Virus record (IMG/VR): IMGVR_UViG_3300045988_165036
Span: 1-64,000 of that record
Strand: one strand, 5' to 3'
Length of the DNA stretch: 64,000 bases
From: a virus
Under the pieces are notes generated by a model, which was not told the DNA's origin, ran no database searches, and saw only the letters and a list, made by a program, of their open reading frames with translations. Shown in pieces: positions 1 through 8,522 of the stretch (its first letter is position 1; every line of letters starts with the position of its first letter). A program made the position numbers and the translations under genes.

Positions 1-1
1 C

Positions 2-356
2 GTTATCGATATGCAAGATGAAAATAGTGCAAAAGAAAGATTTAATTATCCAAACGCGATTGAAGATGTTCTGCATCTTTATACACCGCAAAAGTTTAAA
101 AATTCGATGTTTGCCGCGCTTTCAGAGATGGTTGCGCAGGATTTGTTACAATTTCCCGAACCTTGTCCGAGAGGCGACACAGCATATTTTGAAAGCGGAG
201 AAGTAACGTTGACATTTGAAGATCGAAGAGGATTAATCGAGCTCGATCTTATGAAAGAAGAAATCAAATCAATTAAAAAGATGACGACCGACAAGGGTAA
301 TGTTAAATATGGTCTTGCGCCTTCTGTTGAAAAGAAGATGCACGATGACCGTGCCT
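2..356 (+). CDS. terL: Terminase large subunit, C-terminal nuclease region, exon 1 (5' end outside window)
   Basis: Frame is open from the window edge. It ends ...LAPSVEKKMHDDRA, the HDD catalytic-Asp motif that closes the RNase H-like nuclease of TerL. It lies directly upstream of the portal gene. The ORF-track stop at 365-367 lies inside the proposed intron. Confidence 0.6.
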
Positions 357-575
357 CAGTAGCATAGGGCACGTTAAATTTTCTCTAATTGACTCGGAGG
401 TCCAGAGATGGATAACGAGGGGCAAGTTTAAATACAGCCTGAACGACTTAACGAGAAAACCCAAATTGGTGGGATGCAAAAGTCTGATCTCATACTATAA
501 TCTAAAAATGAAATATGAGAGGCGAGGTCGAGTGTAAAGACACTCTTGGAAGAACCTTGCCGTATAACAAAAATG
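357..575 (+). ncRNA. Group I intron (ORF-less, 219 nt) interrupting terL
   Basis: P1 CGUGCCU(350-356)/GGGCACG(367-373) has a U356.G367 wobble at the 5' splice site. R-like CUGAACGACUUAACGAG is at 439-455 and S-like AAAAGUCUGAUC at 478-489. P7 is GACUU(445-449)/AAGUC(480-484). Hairpins lie at 487-520 and 530-545, and the terminal G is at 575. Joining the exons keeps the frame. Confidence 0.7.
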
Positions 576-760
576 ATTGCGGGTCGGCCGCTGCATATAT
601 TCTTTCCCTTCTTCGTAAAGAGGATGAATTTGGCGGAAAGCAAAATGTGATGGATTTCTCCAAACTTTACGGCGCATCTGCTAAAACGTTGAACAAAATA
701 AATAATCAAAAAAGAAGAAGTCCGTTTGCTGGTGGTTCTAATCCGTTCAGAAGACGGTGA
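576..760 (+). CDS. terL: Terminase large subunit, exon 2 (C-terminal tail)
   Basis: T356 + AT(576-577) gives Tyr, then CGSAAAYILSLLRKEDEFGGK...FRRR*. The A..AY.L helix after HDD is typical of TerL. Stop TGA is at 758-760, just before the RBS of the next gene. Confidence 0.55.
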
Positions 761-773
761 TTGGAGTAAAAGT

Positions 774-1199
774 GTGAAAGATAAAGAAAAAGAATTAAAA
801 GATAACTTTCAACCACAATGTTACAAAATTCATTTAGATATTTCAACGGTAAATGTTAATAATTTAATCGAAGAATTGTCTAAAATATCCAATATGATTT
901 TTGATGGTCTTGTCCCTGTCGTATACTTGCGGTGGGGATATTTCAAAAAAGATTTAACCGACTTGTTATCAAAAAAGATAACAAAAGAATTTTTCTGCGA
1001 AGAAGTTAAACCTGAATCTTGCGTTGGTCAATCCGACATCGTTTCGGTCTTCTTCAGGGAAAATTATGAAAATACTTTTGCGGAATATATCAACCAAGAG
1101 AAGCAGAAAGAACTTCTGAAAATCGAAGAGAATATTCGCAGAGCAAACGAGCGCTTGAACGAGCGTATCAGAGAAGCAAAGGCTTCTCAAAATAATTAA
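774..1199 (+). CDS. Hypothetical protein (coiled-coil C-terminus)
   Basis: GTG start 7 nt after GGAG (763-766). The ORF track starts at TTG 726, which has no RBS. No recognisable motif. Confidence 0.4.
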   Translation: MKDKEKELKDNFQPQCYKIHLDISTVNVNNLIEELSKISNMIFDGLVPVVYLRWGYFKKDLTDLLSKKITKEFFCEEVKPESCVGQSDIVSVFFRENYENTFAEYINQEKQKELLKIEENIRRANERLNERIREAKASQNN

Positions 1200-1218
1200 A
1201 AAAAGAAAGGAGCAGAAT

Positions 1219-3222
1219 ATGGCAGATAATGTCAAAAACGGGCAAGAGCCCAAAAAGCGCGGCAGACCGCCGAAGGTCAAGCCGGAGCCCGTAGTGAATG
1301 AGGCTCCTGAACGGCTGGAAATGGTTTCAAAATCTAAAACACCAGCATCGATAGAAAATGTGATGAAAGATTTGACCGGGCTTTACAAGAGGGCGCTTAA
1401 TGGCGGCTGGTGCGGCGGTGTTGATTTTAACCAATACAACCCGTTCCTTCAAAATGATAGATTAAAGATGTTAAACACTCGCCCTGGCACAATGGGGAGA
1501 GAGGATTTAACGAAGGCTCTTAAAACTCCGGGGGAAAGTGAACTTGGACTTCGTGCAGAAGCGTGGTCGATGAGTTCGACGCAGTATCTTTATTACAAGA
1601 TTTTGCGTATGGCAGCAGATATCCCGATGTTCAAATATTATCTTGTTCCGGAGCTTCTTGAGAAGACGGAATACAAGAAAGATGATTTCAAAAACGACGA
1701 CAGGTTAGTTGACGAGTGGCTGTCGCAGTTTGACGTTAAAAATACGCTGAAGAAGACTGCGTTGGAAGTGAAACGTGAAGGAAAGGCAATTTATCTTCTT
1801 CGCAACAGCATTTCCGGTACGGGTAAAAACAAAACGGTCAATTATGCAAAGTGGCAAAAATTGCCGAGTGAATATGTTAAACTCGTTAAAATCGGAGAGC
1901 ACGGGTATATTGCTTCGTTCAACTTTATGTTGTTTTTGAATCCGGCATTTTCTGTTTGCCAATATCCCGAATTTATTCAGGACATTTGGAATGATCTCGT
2001 TAACTCTGGGGCTGTTTCTACAGCTGGCTGTGGAAGCGGATATTTGCCGTGCGGCACGTATTCGTTCGCGGATGGAAGAGAAGTTAAACCCGGAATTAAC
2101 GTTAATAAACTTTTGAATTATTCTTATGAATATCGCGGTTCAAATGGAAAAGAAACCCTTCGGGGAAACCTTGAGATTACCAACAAGTCGCTTGCCGAAC
2201 GTTCCTATTTCTTCTGGGTCCAAATGCCGCAGGATTTGTGTTATACATTTTGCAGCGACAGTTCAAATCCGTGGGTTGTTCCCGATACGGCGGGGCTTCT
2301 CCTTTCTCTGGATGAGCTGGCCGATTACGATACACTTCAGGGGCTTGTTGAAAGTACGCCACTGACGGCGCTTTTGACTGCAGAAGCGGAGACGATTCCA
2401 AATCCGAACCCCGGTCAAGACCAGTCTGTTTTGAACCCGGAAACGATTGCCGGAATTGAAGAGCATTTCAACTCGTCGACCTCGACAAACCTTGAGGCGC
2501 TGTTTGCTCCTCTGAAGAATTTCAAGCTTTTGTCTCTTCCGAGTCAACCAAATAGTTCGGAGATCTCTGCAAATGCAACAAAGAATGTTCTGACTCGCGC
2601 CGGACTTGGTGGGCTTATTACGACAACCGATAAGCCTTCTGTTTCGCAGGTTAAAACGGCGCAGTTGCTCGCAGAAGCGGAAGCACATTTTGTCACGCTC
2701 CAATTCGAGTCCGTTTTGAATATGATTATTAATAAAATCATCGGAACAAAGTATCATTGGGGGCTCCATATTTGGGGCGGAATCTTTACATTTAACGATG
2801 AAATCAAGAGAGATAAGGAGCTGTTTGTTGCTGGAGCAACATTTGTTCTTCCGAAACTTGCGTCTGCGTATGATTTGAGCATACGTGACACCCGGGCCGT
2901 TCAGCAATATATCGATTCGTTCGATATTTATGACGACTTCAAGACCGTTACGCAAGTGCGTCAGGAAAATATTAATGAACAAAAGTCTGTTTCAGATACT
3001 ATTTCAACGGGTCGAGCAGGGCGTCCCTCGAAGGACGATTCTGATATCGACAATGATAATACGGCGGCTTCGAAAGACGGCGGGTTGGATACAGCGGACA
3101 CGCGCGAGTATGCAGCAAAAGAGCCGACAATTGGTGTATGCATCGTCTGCGGAGCGGAGTGCGACGGCATTTTATGTGATGACTGTCGTGAGAAATACGA
3201 CGAAGAGAATATGAGGTGGTAA
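1219..3222 (+). CDS. Portal protein (candidate), with C-terminal CxxC...CxxC zinc-ribbon-like tail
   Basis: 667-aa ORF immediately after terL with RBS AAAGGAG. Size and position are typical of a portal. The C-terminus reads CIVCGAECDGILCDDCREKY. No search was run. Confidence 0.55.
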   Translation: MADNVKNGQEPKKRGRPPKVKPEPVVNEAPERLEMVSKSKTPASIENVMKDLTGLYKRALNGGWCGGVDFNQYNPFLQNDRLKMLNTRPGTMGREDLTKALKTPGESELGLRAEAWSMSSTQYLYYKILRMAADIPMFKYYLVPELLEKTEYKKDDFKNDDRLVDEWLSQFDVKNTLKKTALEVKREGKAIYLLRNSISGTGKNKTVNYAKWQKLPSEYVKLVKIGEHGYIASFNFMLFLNPAFSVCQYPEFIQDIWNDLVNSGAVSTAGCGSGYLPCGTYSFADGREVKPGINVNKLLNYSYEYRGSNGKETLRGNLEITNKSLAERSYFFWVQMPQDLCYTFCSDSSNPWVVPDTAGLLLSLDELADYDTLQGLVESTPLTALLTAEAETIPNPNPGQDQSVLNPETIAGIEEHFNSSTSTNLEALFAPLKNFKLLSLPSQPNSSEISANATKNVLTRAGLGGLITTTDKPSVSQVKTAQLLAEAEAHFVTLQFESVLNMIINKIIGTKYHWGLHIWGGIFTFNDEIKRDKELFVAGATFVLPKLASAYDLSIRDTRAVQQYIDSFDIYDDFKTVTQVRQENINEQKSVSDTISTGRAGRPSKDDSDIDNDNTAASKDGGLDTADTREYAAKEPTIGVCIVCGAECDGILCDDCREKYDEENMRW

Positions 3223-3224
3223 TT

Positions 3225-3422
3225 ATGTTTGAAGCTAAAAAGAAAAAGTGTCAACACAACATTGGCAAACCTAACACCACCGTAAAACTTTTGGAAAACT
3301 TCAAAACAATGGTTGTCCCAGACACGAAATATGGTGTTTGTGTTTGTTGCGGCAAGAGTTTTGAGCTTGATATTAACAACAAAATAATCAAGAAAGGAGA
3401 GGCTGCCGATGTTGATTTCTGA
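3225..3422 (+). CDS. Small hypothetical protein
   Basis: ATG lies 8 nt after GAGGTGG and overlaps the portal stop. Contains CVCCGKSF. Function unknown. Confidence 0.4.
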   Translation: MFEAKKKKCQHNIGKPNTTVKLLENFKTMVVPDTKYGVCVCCGKSFELDINNKIIKKGEAADVDF

Positions 3423-3918
3423 GGGAACTAGAGACAAATTGAATGACGTGCTGACGCATAGTTTTTTGCTCAATATGCTGTGCGACAATGTCGTATACCA
3501 GATCGATTATTCCGTATATCCCGTGACCGCACACATCGTTCACGAATCATATGCGCATTATTGGCCACAGGTCGCAGACCAATGGTCGGATCTTATGATC
3601 AAATTAAACGCAAAACCGGTTCGTGGAAATCTAATTGCAGATTATGAGGATTATAACGGAAATCTTGCCGCGATTTTTGCTGATATTGCAAGAGCGACAG
3701 AAGACTATAGAAGAAAAGTCATAGAACTGATTGAATTGGCTGAACTAAATGAAGATAAAGAAGTTGTTTTGGCGGGTGAGGAAGTTCTTCAGCAAATTTT
3801 GCCTTATAGAAAACAAGCCGATATTTGGGCTGTTGAGGCAAAAAGATATGAAGGTAATTACAAGTCTTTCGACGCCCGGATTGAAACATTTACTACAATG
3901 ATTCCGATTGTTGAGTAA
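3409..3918 (+). CDS. Hypothetical protein
   Basis: 169-aa ORF with RBS AAGGAGAGG, overlapping the upstream stop (translational coupling). Confidence 0.5.
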   Translation: MLISEGTRDKLNDVLTHSFLLNMLCDNVVYQIDYSVYPVTAHIVHESYAHYWPQVADQWSDLMIKLNAKPVRGNLIADYEDYNGNLAAIFADIARATEDYRRKVIELIELAELNEDKEVVLAGEEVLQQILPYRKQADIWAVEAKRYEGNYKSFDARIETFTTMIPIVE

Positions 3919-3933
3919 GCCAATAGGATTATT

Positions 3934-4713
3934 ATGGGAATTGGAGGTTTTGCAGAAGCGATTCAAACATACGGAGTTTTAGCCGTATTAATTGCTTTTA
4001 TTCTTTTTACTGTTTGGTCTGTTATTAAAAGTGGCATCGAAACAAACGAAAAGAAGACAGAAAAACAACTGAAAATTCAAGAAGATGATGCTCGTGAAAA
4101 ACGAGAAATCGAAAGATCGAAGATCGAAGCCGAAAGATACGAAAAGCTCGTTAATATAATTGTTGAAGTCGTTCAACGTGGGCCGGTTCACACGGTTGAG
4201 GAACAGGAAAAAGACCGAGAAATACACGAAACAGTTCAGCATTATTTGGATTGTTTGGTAAAAGAGGGTGCAGACCGCGCTTTTTATTTTACCTTTCACA
4301 ATGGTGGAAAGGACGCAATGGGCAGAGGATTTCTGAAAATGTCAATGTTTTCAGAGAGCGTTGCTCGCGGTCAGCATATTATCTCTGGCTTTCAAAATGT
4401 TCCAAGATCAATGCTACCGGTTGTTTATAAACGGTTGGACGAGAGTGGAGATTATTATATTAAAAACGTTGAAGACATTCAGGACGTTGATCAAATTGTT
4501 TACAATTTTATGAAAGGACACGGCGCTAAAGCCGCTATGTTCCGGGTTATTAAACGCGATGATGGTCTTATGCTTGGATATGTTGGAGTTGAGTTTAACA
4601 CACTGGATTACGATTTTGAGAAGCAAAAGAAAAATCTTTGCAAAAAGGCAGACAGAATTGCCGGGGCAATGCTCTACATTAAAGAATATGAAGAGGGCGA
4701 GGAGGAGGATTGA
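3934..4713 (+). CDS. Hypothetical membrane-anchored protein
   Basis: N-terminal hydrophobic helix (VLAVLIAFILFTVWSVI), then a charged coiled-coil and a globular C-terminus. Confidence 0.45.
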   Translation: MGIGGFAEAIQTYGVLAVLIAFILFTVWSVIKSGIETNEKKTEKQLKIQEDDAREKREIERSKIEAERYEKLVNIIVEVVQRGPVHTVEEQEKDREIHETVQHYLDCLVKEGADRAFYFTFHNGGKDAMGRGFLKMSMFSESVARGQHIISGFQNVPRSMLPVVYKRLDESGDYYIKNVEDIQDVDQIVYNFMKGHGAKAAMFRVIKRDDGLMLGYVGVEFNTLDYDFEKQKKNLCKKADRIAGAMLYIKEYEEGEEED

Positions 4714-4715
4714 AT

Positions 4716-6605
4716 ATGGAAGAAACCAAGAACATCTTGCAATTTGATCTGTCTCCGAAGCAGATTAAATTTAAAGACATACTTTCAAAAGAGTTTGTCG
4801 AGTTGGAAATCTGGGCGATTTCAGATGTCGACCCAAACAGAAATAACTCACACTTTACCTATGAGTCGTTAAAAAGGGCTGTTGAGAACGGCTCAATGAA
4901 AAACAAGCCAATTGTTGGCTTTTTTGAAAACAACAATTTCACGATCCACGAAGGGCACGCCGATTATGATCTAGAGCTTGACAAAGAGTTTTGGAACACG
5001 GAGCGCGGAGAAAGAATTCTCGGCTGGATTAGAGAATCCGACCCCGTGGAACTTGTTGAAAAAGACGGATTGCATTGGGTGAAGTTTCGTTGTATTTTGT
5101 GCACAACATATTGTTACGCACAAGTAAAGCGCCTGTTAAAAGACAGACGCAAAAAGGTTTCCGTGGAGATTACTGTTCATAAGTCGGATATGCGCGAGGA
5201 CGGGGTTTTAGACATTCTTGACTTTACGCTTAATGGAACGACAATTCTTGGAAGCAAGAATGGCAAAGAGGTGCTTGAAGGTATTCCCGGAGCACACCTT
5301 TCAATTCTTGAAAATCTCGACACGGATGCGCTTATGGCTCAAAAAACAGCTCTTTCTTTCGCTTACGAAAAAGCTTTCGGGGCGGATGAAGATAAATCTG
5401 GTGATACTGCAGAAATGCAGCCCCCGGAACAAAAATCTGAGGGGAAGGAGGAGATAAAAATGGAGAACGAAAATGTAGTCGTCGAAACCAAAGTTGTTGA
5501 AGATTTTGCGAAAGATGATATTGGCACGAAGTCCGCTCTTGAGGTTGACAAGTCTAAAGACGCAATGTCTGAAAAGCCTTGGGGCGAAGTAGACAAAGCA
5601 GAACTTCGCAAGCGCGTGATTGCGGCAGAAAATTTCAAGTCTATTGCGGATGATGTTTTCCTCGATCTCAGAGAAGGTTGGGAAGACGGTATCGAGGGAG
5701 CTCTGAAATATCCCGTTATGTGCATCGAAGGCGAAAAGCTTGTTTATAATCGTGGCGGGCTCGCTTCCGCAAAGGCATATGCCGAAAAGAACGGTGACGA
5801 GAAAGTAACCGAAAAGCTCGAGAAGATTTATAAGCATCTCGAACTTGAAGACGGCGATATGGAAAAAGAAGCGGCGGAACATTGCGAATTTTGCGAGGAC
5901 TATGATTGCAAGACGGAGGAAGCTATTCCTCTTGCCGCAGAGCAGGAAGATACTCCTTGTGAGTGTCCCGATGATAACGGAGAGCTTGAAATGGGCGGAT
6001 GCGAAAATTCTGAAAAGGAAGATTGCGGTGAGCCCGAAAAGCTTGAAGACGAACATCCTTGCGATGATTGCGGTGAAGACGATCACAAAGATGACGATGA
6101 CGAAGATGAAGATGATTGTGATGAGATGTGCAAGCTTTCAAAGCGCTGTGCCGAACTTGAGGCAAAGTGTGCAGAATATTGTGGCACGATTGCAAAAATG
6201 TCGGAAGACTTTGAGTCGAAAACGTCTGAATACGAGGCGGAAATTGCCAAGTATTCTGACTACGCAGAAATTAAGGGACGTATGGAAAAGGCAGAGGCGA
6301 AGCTTTATGAACAGTTCTGTTTAGAGCTGAAAGCGTATGCTGAGTCGATTATGGCAAACGAGAGGATTGAAAAGTCTGATCGAGATGCTATTGTCGAAAA
6401 ATGTGTTTCTGGCAAGTATTCGACGAAGGAAGAAATCTTTGCCGAAGTTGCTGTTGCTGCGTTTAAGACAAGAACTCCCACAGGGGAGAGATTTAGTTCT
6501 GCTTTTGAAGTTCCTGCGATGGGTGCTGACAGGGCAGAAGACAAAAGACCGATGAGCCGAGAAGAGCGTATGAAAGCTCGCGTGGCAAAATGCGGTAAAA
6601 AATAA
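4716..6605 (+). CDS. Scaffolding-like protein, possibly a prohead protease-scaffold fusion, with a Cys/Asp/Glu-rich insert
   Basis: ATG 4716 lies 8 nt after GGAGGAGGA. Position is between portal and capsid. The acidic coiled-coil C-terminal half is typical of scaffold proteins. The protease assignment is not supported by a clear catalytic motif. Confidence 0.4.
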   Translation: MEETKNILQFDLSPKQIKFKDILSKEFVELEIWAISDVDPNRNNSHFTYESLKRAVENGSMKNKPIVGFFENNNFTIHEGHADYDLELDKEFWNTERGERILGWIRESDPVELVEKDGLHWVKFRCILCTTYCYAQVKRLLKDRRKKVSVEITVHKSDMREDGVLDILDFTLNGTTILGSKNGKEVLEGIPGAHLSILENLDTDALMAQKTALSFAYEKAFGADEDKSGDTAEMQPPEQKSEGKEEIKMENENVVVETKVVEDFAKDDIGTKSALEVDKSKDAMSEKPWGEVDKAELRKRVIAAENFKSIADDVFLDLREGWEDGIEGALKYPVMCIEGEKLVYNRGGLASAKAYAEKNGDEKVTEKLEKIYKHLELEDGDMEKEAAEHCEFCEDYDCKTEEAIPLAAEQEDTPCECPDDNGELEMGGCENSEKEDCGEPEKLEDEHPCDDCGEDDHKDDDDEDEDDCDEMCKLSKRCAELEAKCAEYCGTIAKMSEDFESKTSEYEAEIAKYSDYAEIKGRMEKAEAKLYEQFCLELKAYAESIMANERIEKSDRDAIVEKCVSGKYSTKEEIFAEVAVAAFKTRTPTGERFSSAFEVPAMGADRAEDKRPMSREERMKARVAKCGKK

Positions 6606-6673
6606 TTTTATATTTGTTTATTATTGCGTGAAAGCGCATAAATAATATTTTAATTTACAAAGGAGAAATAATT

Positions 6674-7258
6674 ATGGCAACAAAAATTTTTGATGTCGCC
6701 GAGATGGTCTGCGAAGACATTCAGGCTTATGTTAAGTCTGCGAAGTTTTGCACTGGCAGCGATGCAGCTCCTGAGTACGCTCAGTGCGACGACGGCGCAT
6801 TCGTAACTCTGGGTAAGCTGTGTGCTGATAGCGCCTATGCTGATATGGTGGATTATAACTGCAAGTATGCGTATGCTCCCACCACCGATGAGGTAACTCT
6901 TGATGATCTCTGGGTAACTGATATTGCAGAAGTTGGCGCTGGTGTTATCGCTGGCAACACTTATCGTATTGGTGTTAAGCTCGTAGACTTGAAGGTTGAA
7001 GCTGGCTATCCTGTTCGTGTTCGTAAGCTCAAGAAGGGCGATATGTTCTGGATCGGTGCTGGCTGCTTTGAGTCTCTGCCTACCGTTGGTCAGTTTGCTA
7101 TTCCGACTGCTACGAAGGTTACTCTTACTCCCCAGGCTACCGCACAGGTTGGTAAGGTTAACTTTGCTATTCGTGCTTCTAAACCTATGACAATTGGTAC
7201 TTCCGTGGCTTACAATCAGCCGAACTTCGAGCAGGAATACCTTGTCGAAGTGCTCTAA
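6674..7258 (+). CDS. Capsid-associated protein (decoration-like candidate)
   Basis: 194-aa ORF with RBS AAAGGAG, directly upstream of the major capsid gene. The call rests on position and the strong RBS only. Confidence 0.3.
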   Translation: MATKIFDVAEMVCEDIQAYVKSAKFCTGSDAAPEYAQCDDGAFVTLGKLCADSAYADMVDYNCKYAYAPTTDEVTLDDLWVTDIAEVGAGVIAGNTYRIGVKLVDLKVEAGYPVRVRKLKKGDMFWIGAGCFESLPTVGQFAIPTATKVTLTPQATAQVGKVNFAIRASKPMTIGTSVAYNQPNFEQEYLVEVL

Positions 7259-7281
7259 TTCTATAAGGAGGTAAAATAATT

Positions 7282-8367
7282 ATGGAAATGTTTTCTTATA
7301 CTCGCGGCACTACCGCATTCAATGATATCATTGATGAAACTCTGAGCTTTGCCTCCGCTTATCTTGACAACAAGGTTGTTGAGAATAAGGATGAGAGACT
7401 GAAGACCCTCAACCTGAACCTCGGTATGTATTGTGCCGAAGATACGAAGGTTGCTAAATATTTTGAAGAGAAGGGCCTCGATGCGTTCAAGGATCCCCAC
7501 GTGACCAAGAACAGAGACTTCCTCGATAACTTTGACGCTGTTATTGCGCAGGTTATCAGCCCCATTCTTCCTATGGTTGCGAACTTTGATATGATTCGCT
7601 TCCTTGCTGATGTTCGTCAGATTGGTTATGGTGATACCGCAAGATTCATCATCCGCTCTAATGAGCTTTACAAAGTTAATGAGATTGCTGAAGGTGTGAA
7701 CCGTGGCGTTCTGCAGCCCATCCACAACAACGAAATCACTGTCAACCCCTCTCCCATCGAAATCGCCGCCGAGTGCGACTGGTATCAGATGGCTGCTGGT
7801 GTGTTTGATCTCGCTGATTGGGGTCTGCGCGTCGCTCGTTCATTCGAGCAGTATATCTTCCTGAAGGTTATTGGCGCTCTTACTTCTGGCGTTACCAAGC
7901 TTGGTGCTGCTTATAACCTCATCGGCTTTACTCAGACTAACTGGACCACTCTGGCTCAGAGAGTCGCTGCTGCGAACGGCAATTCTGATGTCTTTGCCAT
8001 TGGTACTCTTGCTGCTCTTGGCTCGATTATTCCTGCTCAGGCTGGATTGCAATATGGCCTTGGCAAGGAAATCGTTGAGAAGGGCTATCTTGATCGTTAC
8101 TACGGCACTCGTCTGCTCGTTCTTGATCAGGCGCTTAAGTTCAACACCGTTAACACGACCGCTGAGTCCGCTATCCCGGACGATATGATTTACTTCCTGC
8201 CCGTTTATGGCGACAAGCCGATCAAACTCGTTTACGAGGGCGACAACATCCTTGTTGAGCGTGAGTATACCCGTACTCCCGATAAGACCTACCGCGTCCG
8301 CATTCAGGAGCGCGTTGGTGTTGCTGCGGTTGTTGGTTCCAAGATTGCAGCCCTTGACCTTCAGTAA
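7282..8367 (+). CDS. Major capsid protein (candidate)
   Basis: 361-aa ORF with strong RBS AAGGAGG, sited after the scaffold-like gene and followed by a non-coding gap. The call rests on size, position and the strong RBS. Confidence 0.6.
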   Translation: MEMFSYTRGTTAFNDIIDETLSFASAYLDNKVVENKDERLKTLNLNLGMYCAEDTKVAKYFEEKGLDAFKDPHVTKNRDFLDNFDAVIAQVISPILPMVANFDMIRFLADVRQIGYGDTARFIIRSNELYKVNEIAEGVNRGVLQPIHNNEITVNPSPIEIAAECDWYQMAAGVFDLADWGLRVARSFEQYIFLKVIGALTSGVTKLGAAYNLIGFTQTNWTTLAQRVAAANGNSDVFAIGTLAALGSIIPAQAGLQYGLGKEIVEKGYLDRYYGTRLLVLDQALKFNTVNTTAESAIPDDMIYFLPVYGDKPIKLVYEGDNILVEREYTRTPDKTYRVRIQERVGVAAVVGSKIAALDLQ

Positions 8368-8396
8368 TTTAGCGGCATAAAATTTTAAAAAATTAC

Positions 8397-8425
8397 TTGA
8401 CAAAATACAGAATATATGATACAAT
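8397..8425 (+). promoter_or_regulatory. Sigma-70/SigA-type promoter (TTGACA-17-TGaTACAAT)
   Basis: -35 TTGACA at 8397-8402, 17-nt spacer, extended -10 TGa TACAAT at 8417-8425. Member of a 5-copy promoter family in this window. Confidence 0.7.
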
Positions 8426-8522
8426 ATAATAAACCGGGACAGGGAGTAGCTACCTTTTCAGTTGCCGCAACAACTGAATTACCGGTTAATTATAAATAAT
8501 GTGCGCTTTGCGGAGGTGCTAT

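Noticed and set aside
401-418. A 17-nt near-identity: TCCAGAGATGGAtAAC in the terL intron and TCCAGAGATGGAaAAC at 46877-46893, spanning the iscB start codon. It hints at an IStron-like link between the intron and IscB.
   Set aside because: A single short match of this size is near chance expectation in 64 kb. The iscB leader has no R/S/P7 elements, and the element is intergenic rather than interrupting an ORF.
346-577. An alternative terL splice junction giving ...MHDD-CGSAAAYIL (shared ATGA at 345-348 and 573-576), which looks even closer to the HDDCxxALA pattern seen in some terminases.
   Set aside because: No boundary choice within the shared ATGA satisfies both the 5'-exon U and the terminal intron G. 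The strong P1 helix places the U.G pair at 356. I keep it as an uncertainty that cDNA can resolve.
731-747. The T-loop-like GGTTCTAATCC, suggesting a tRNA in the gap after terL.
   Set aside because: The flanking bases do not form a T-stem or an acceptor stem. The region is better explained as the coding tail of terL exon 2.
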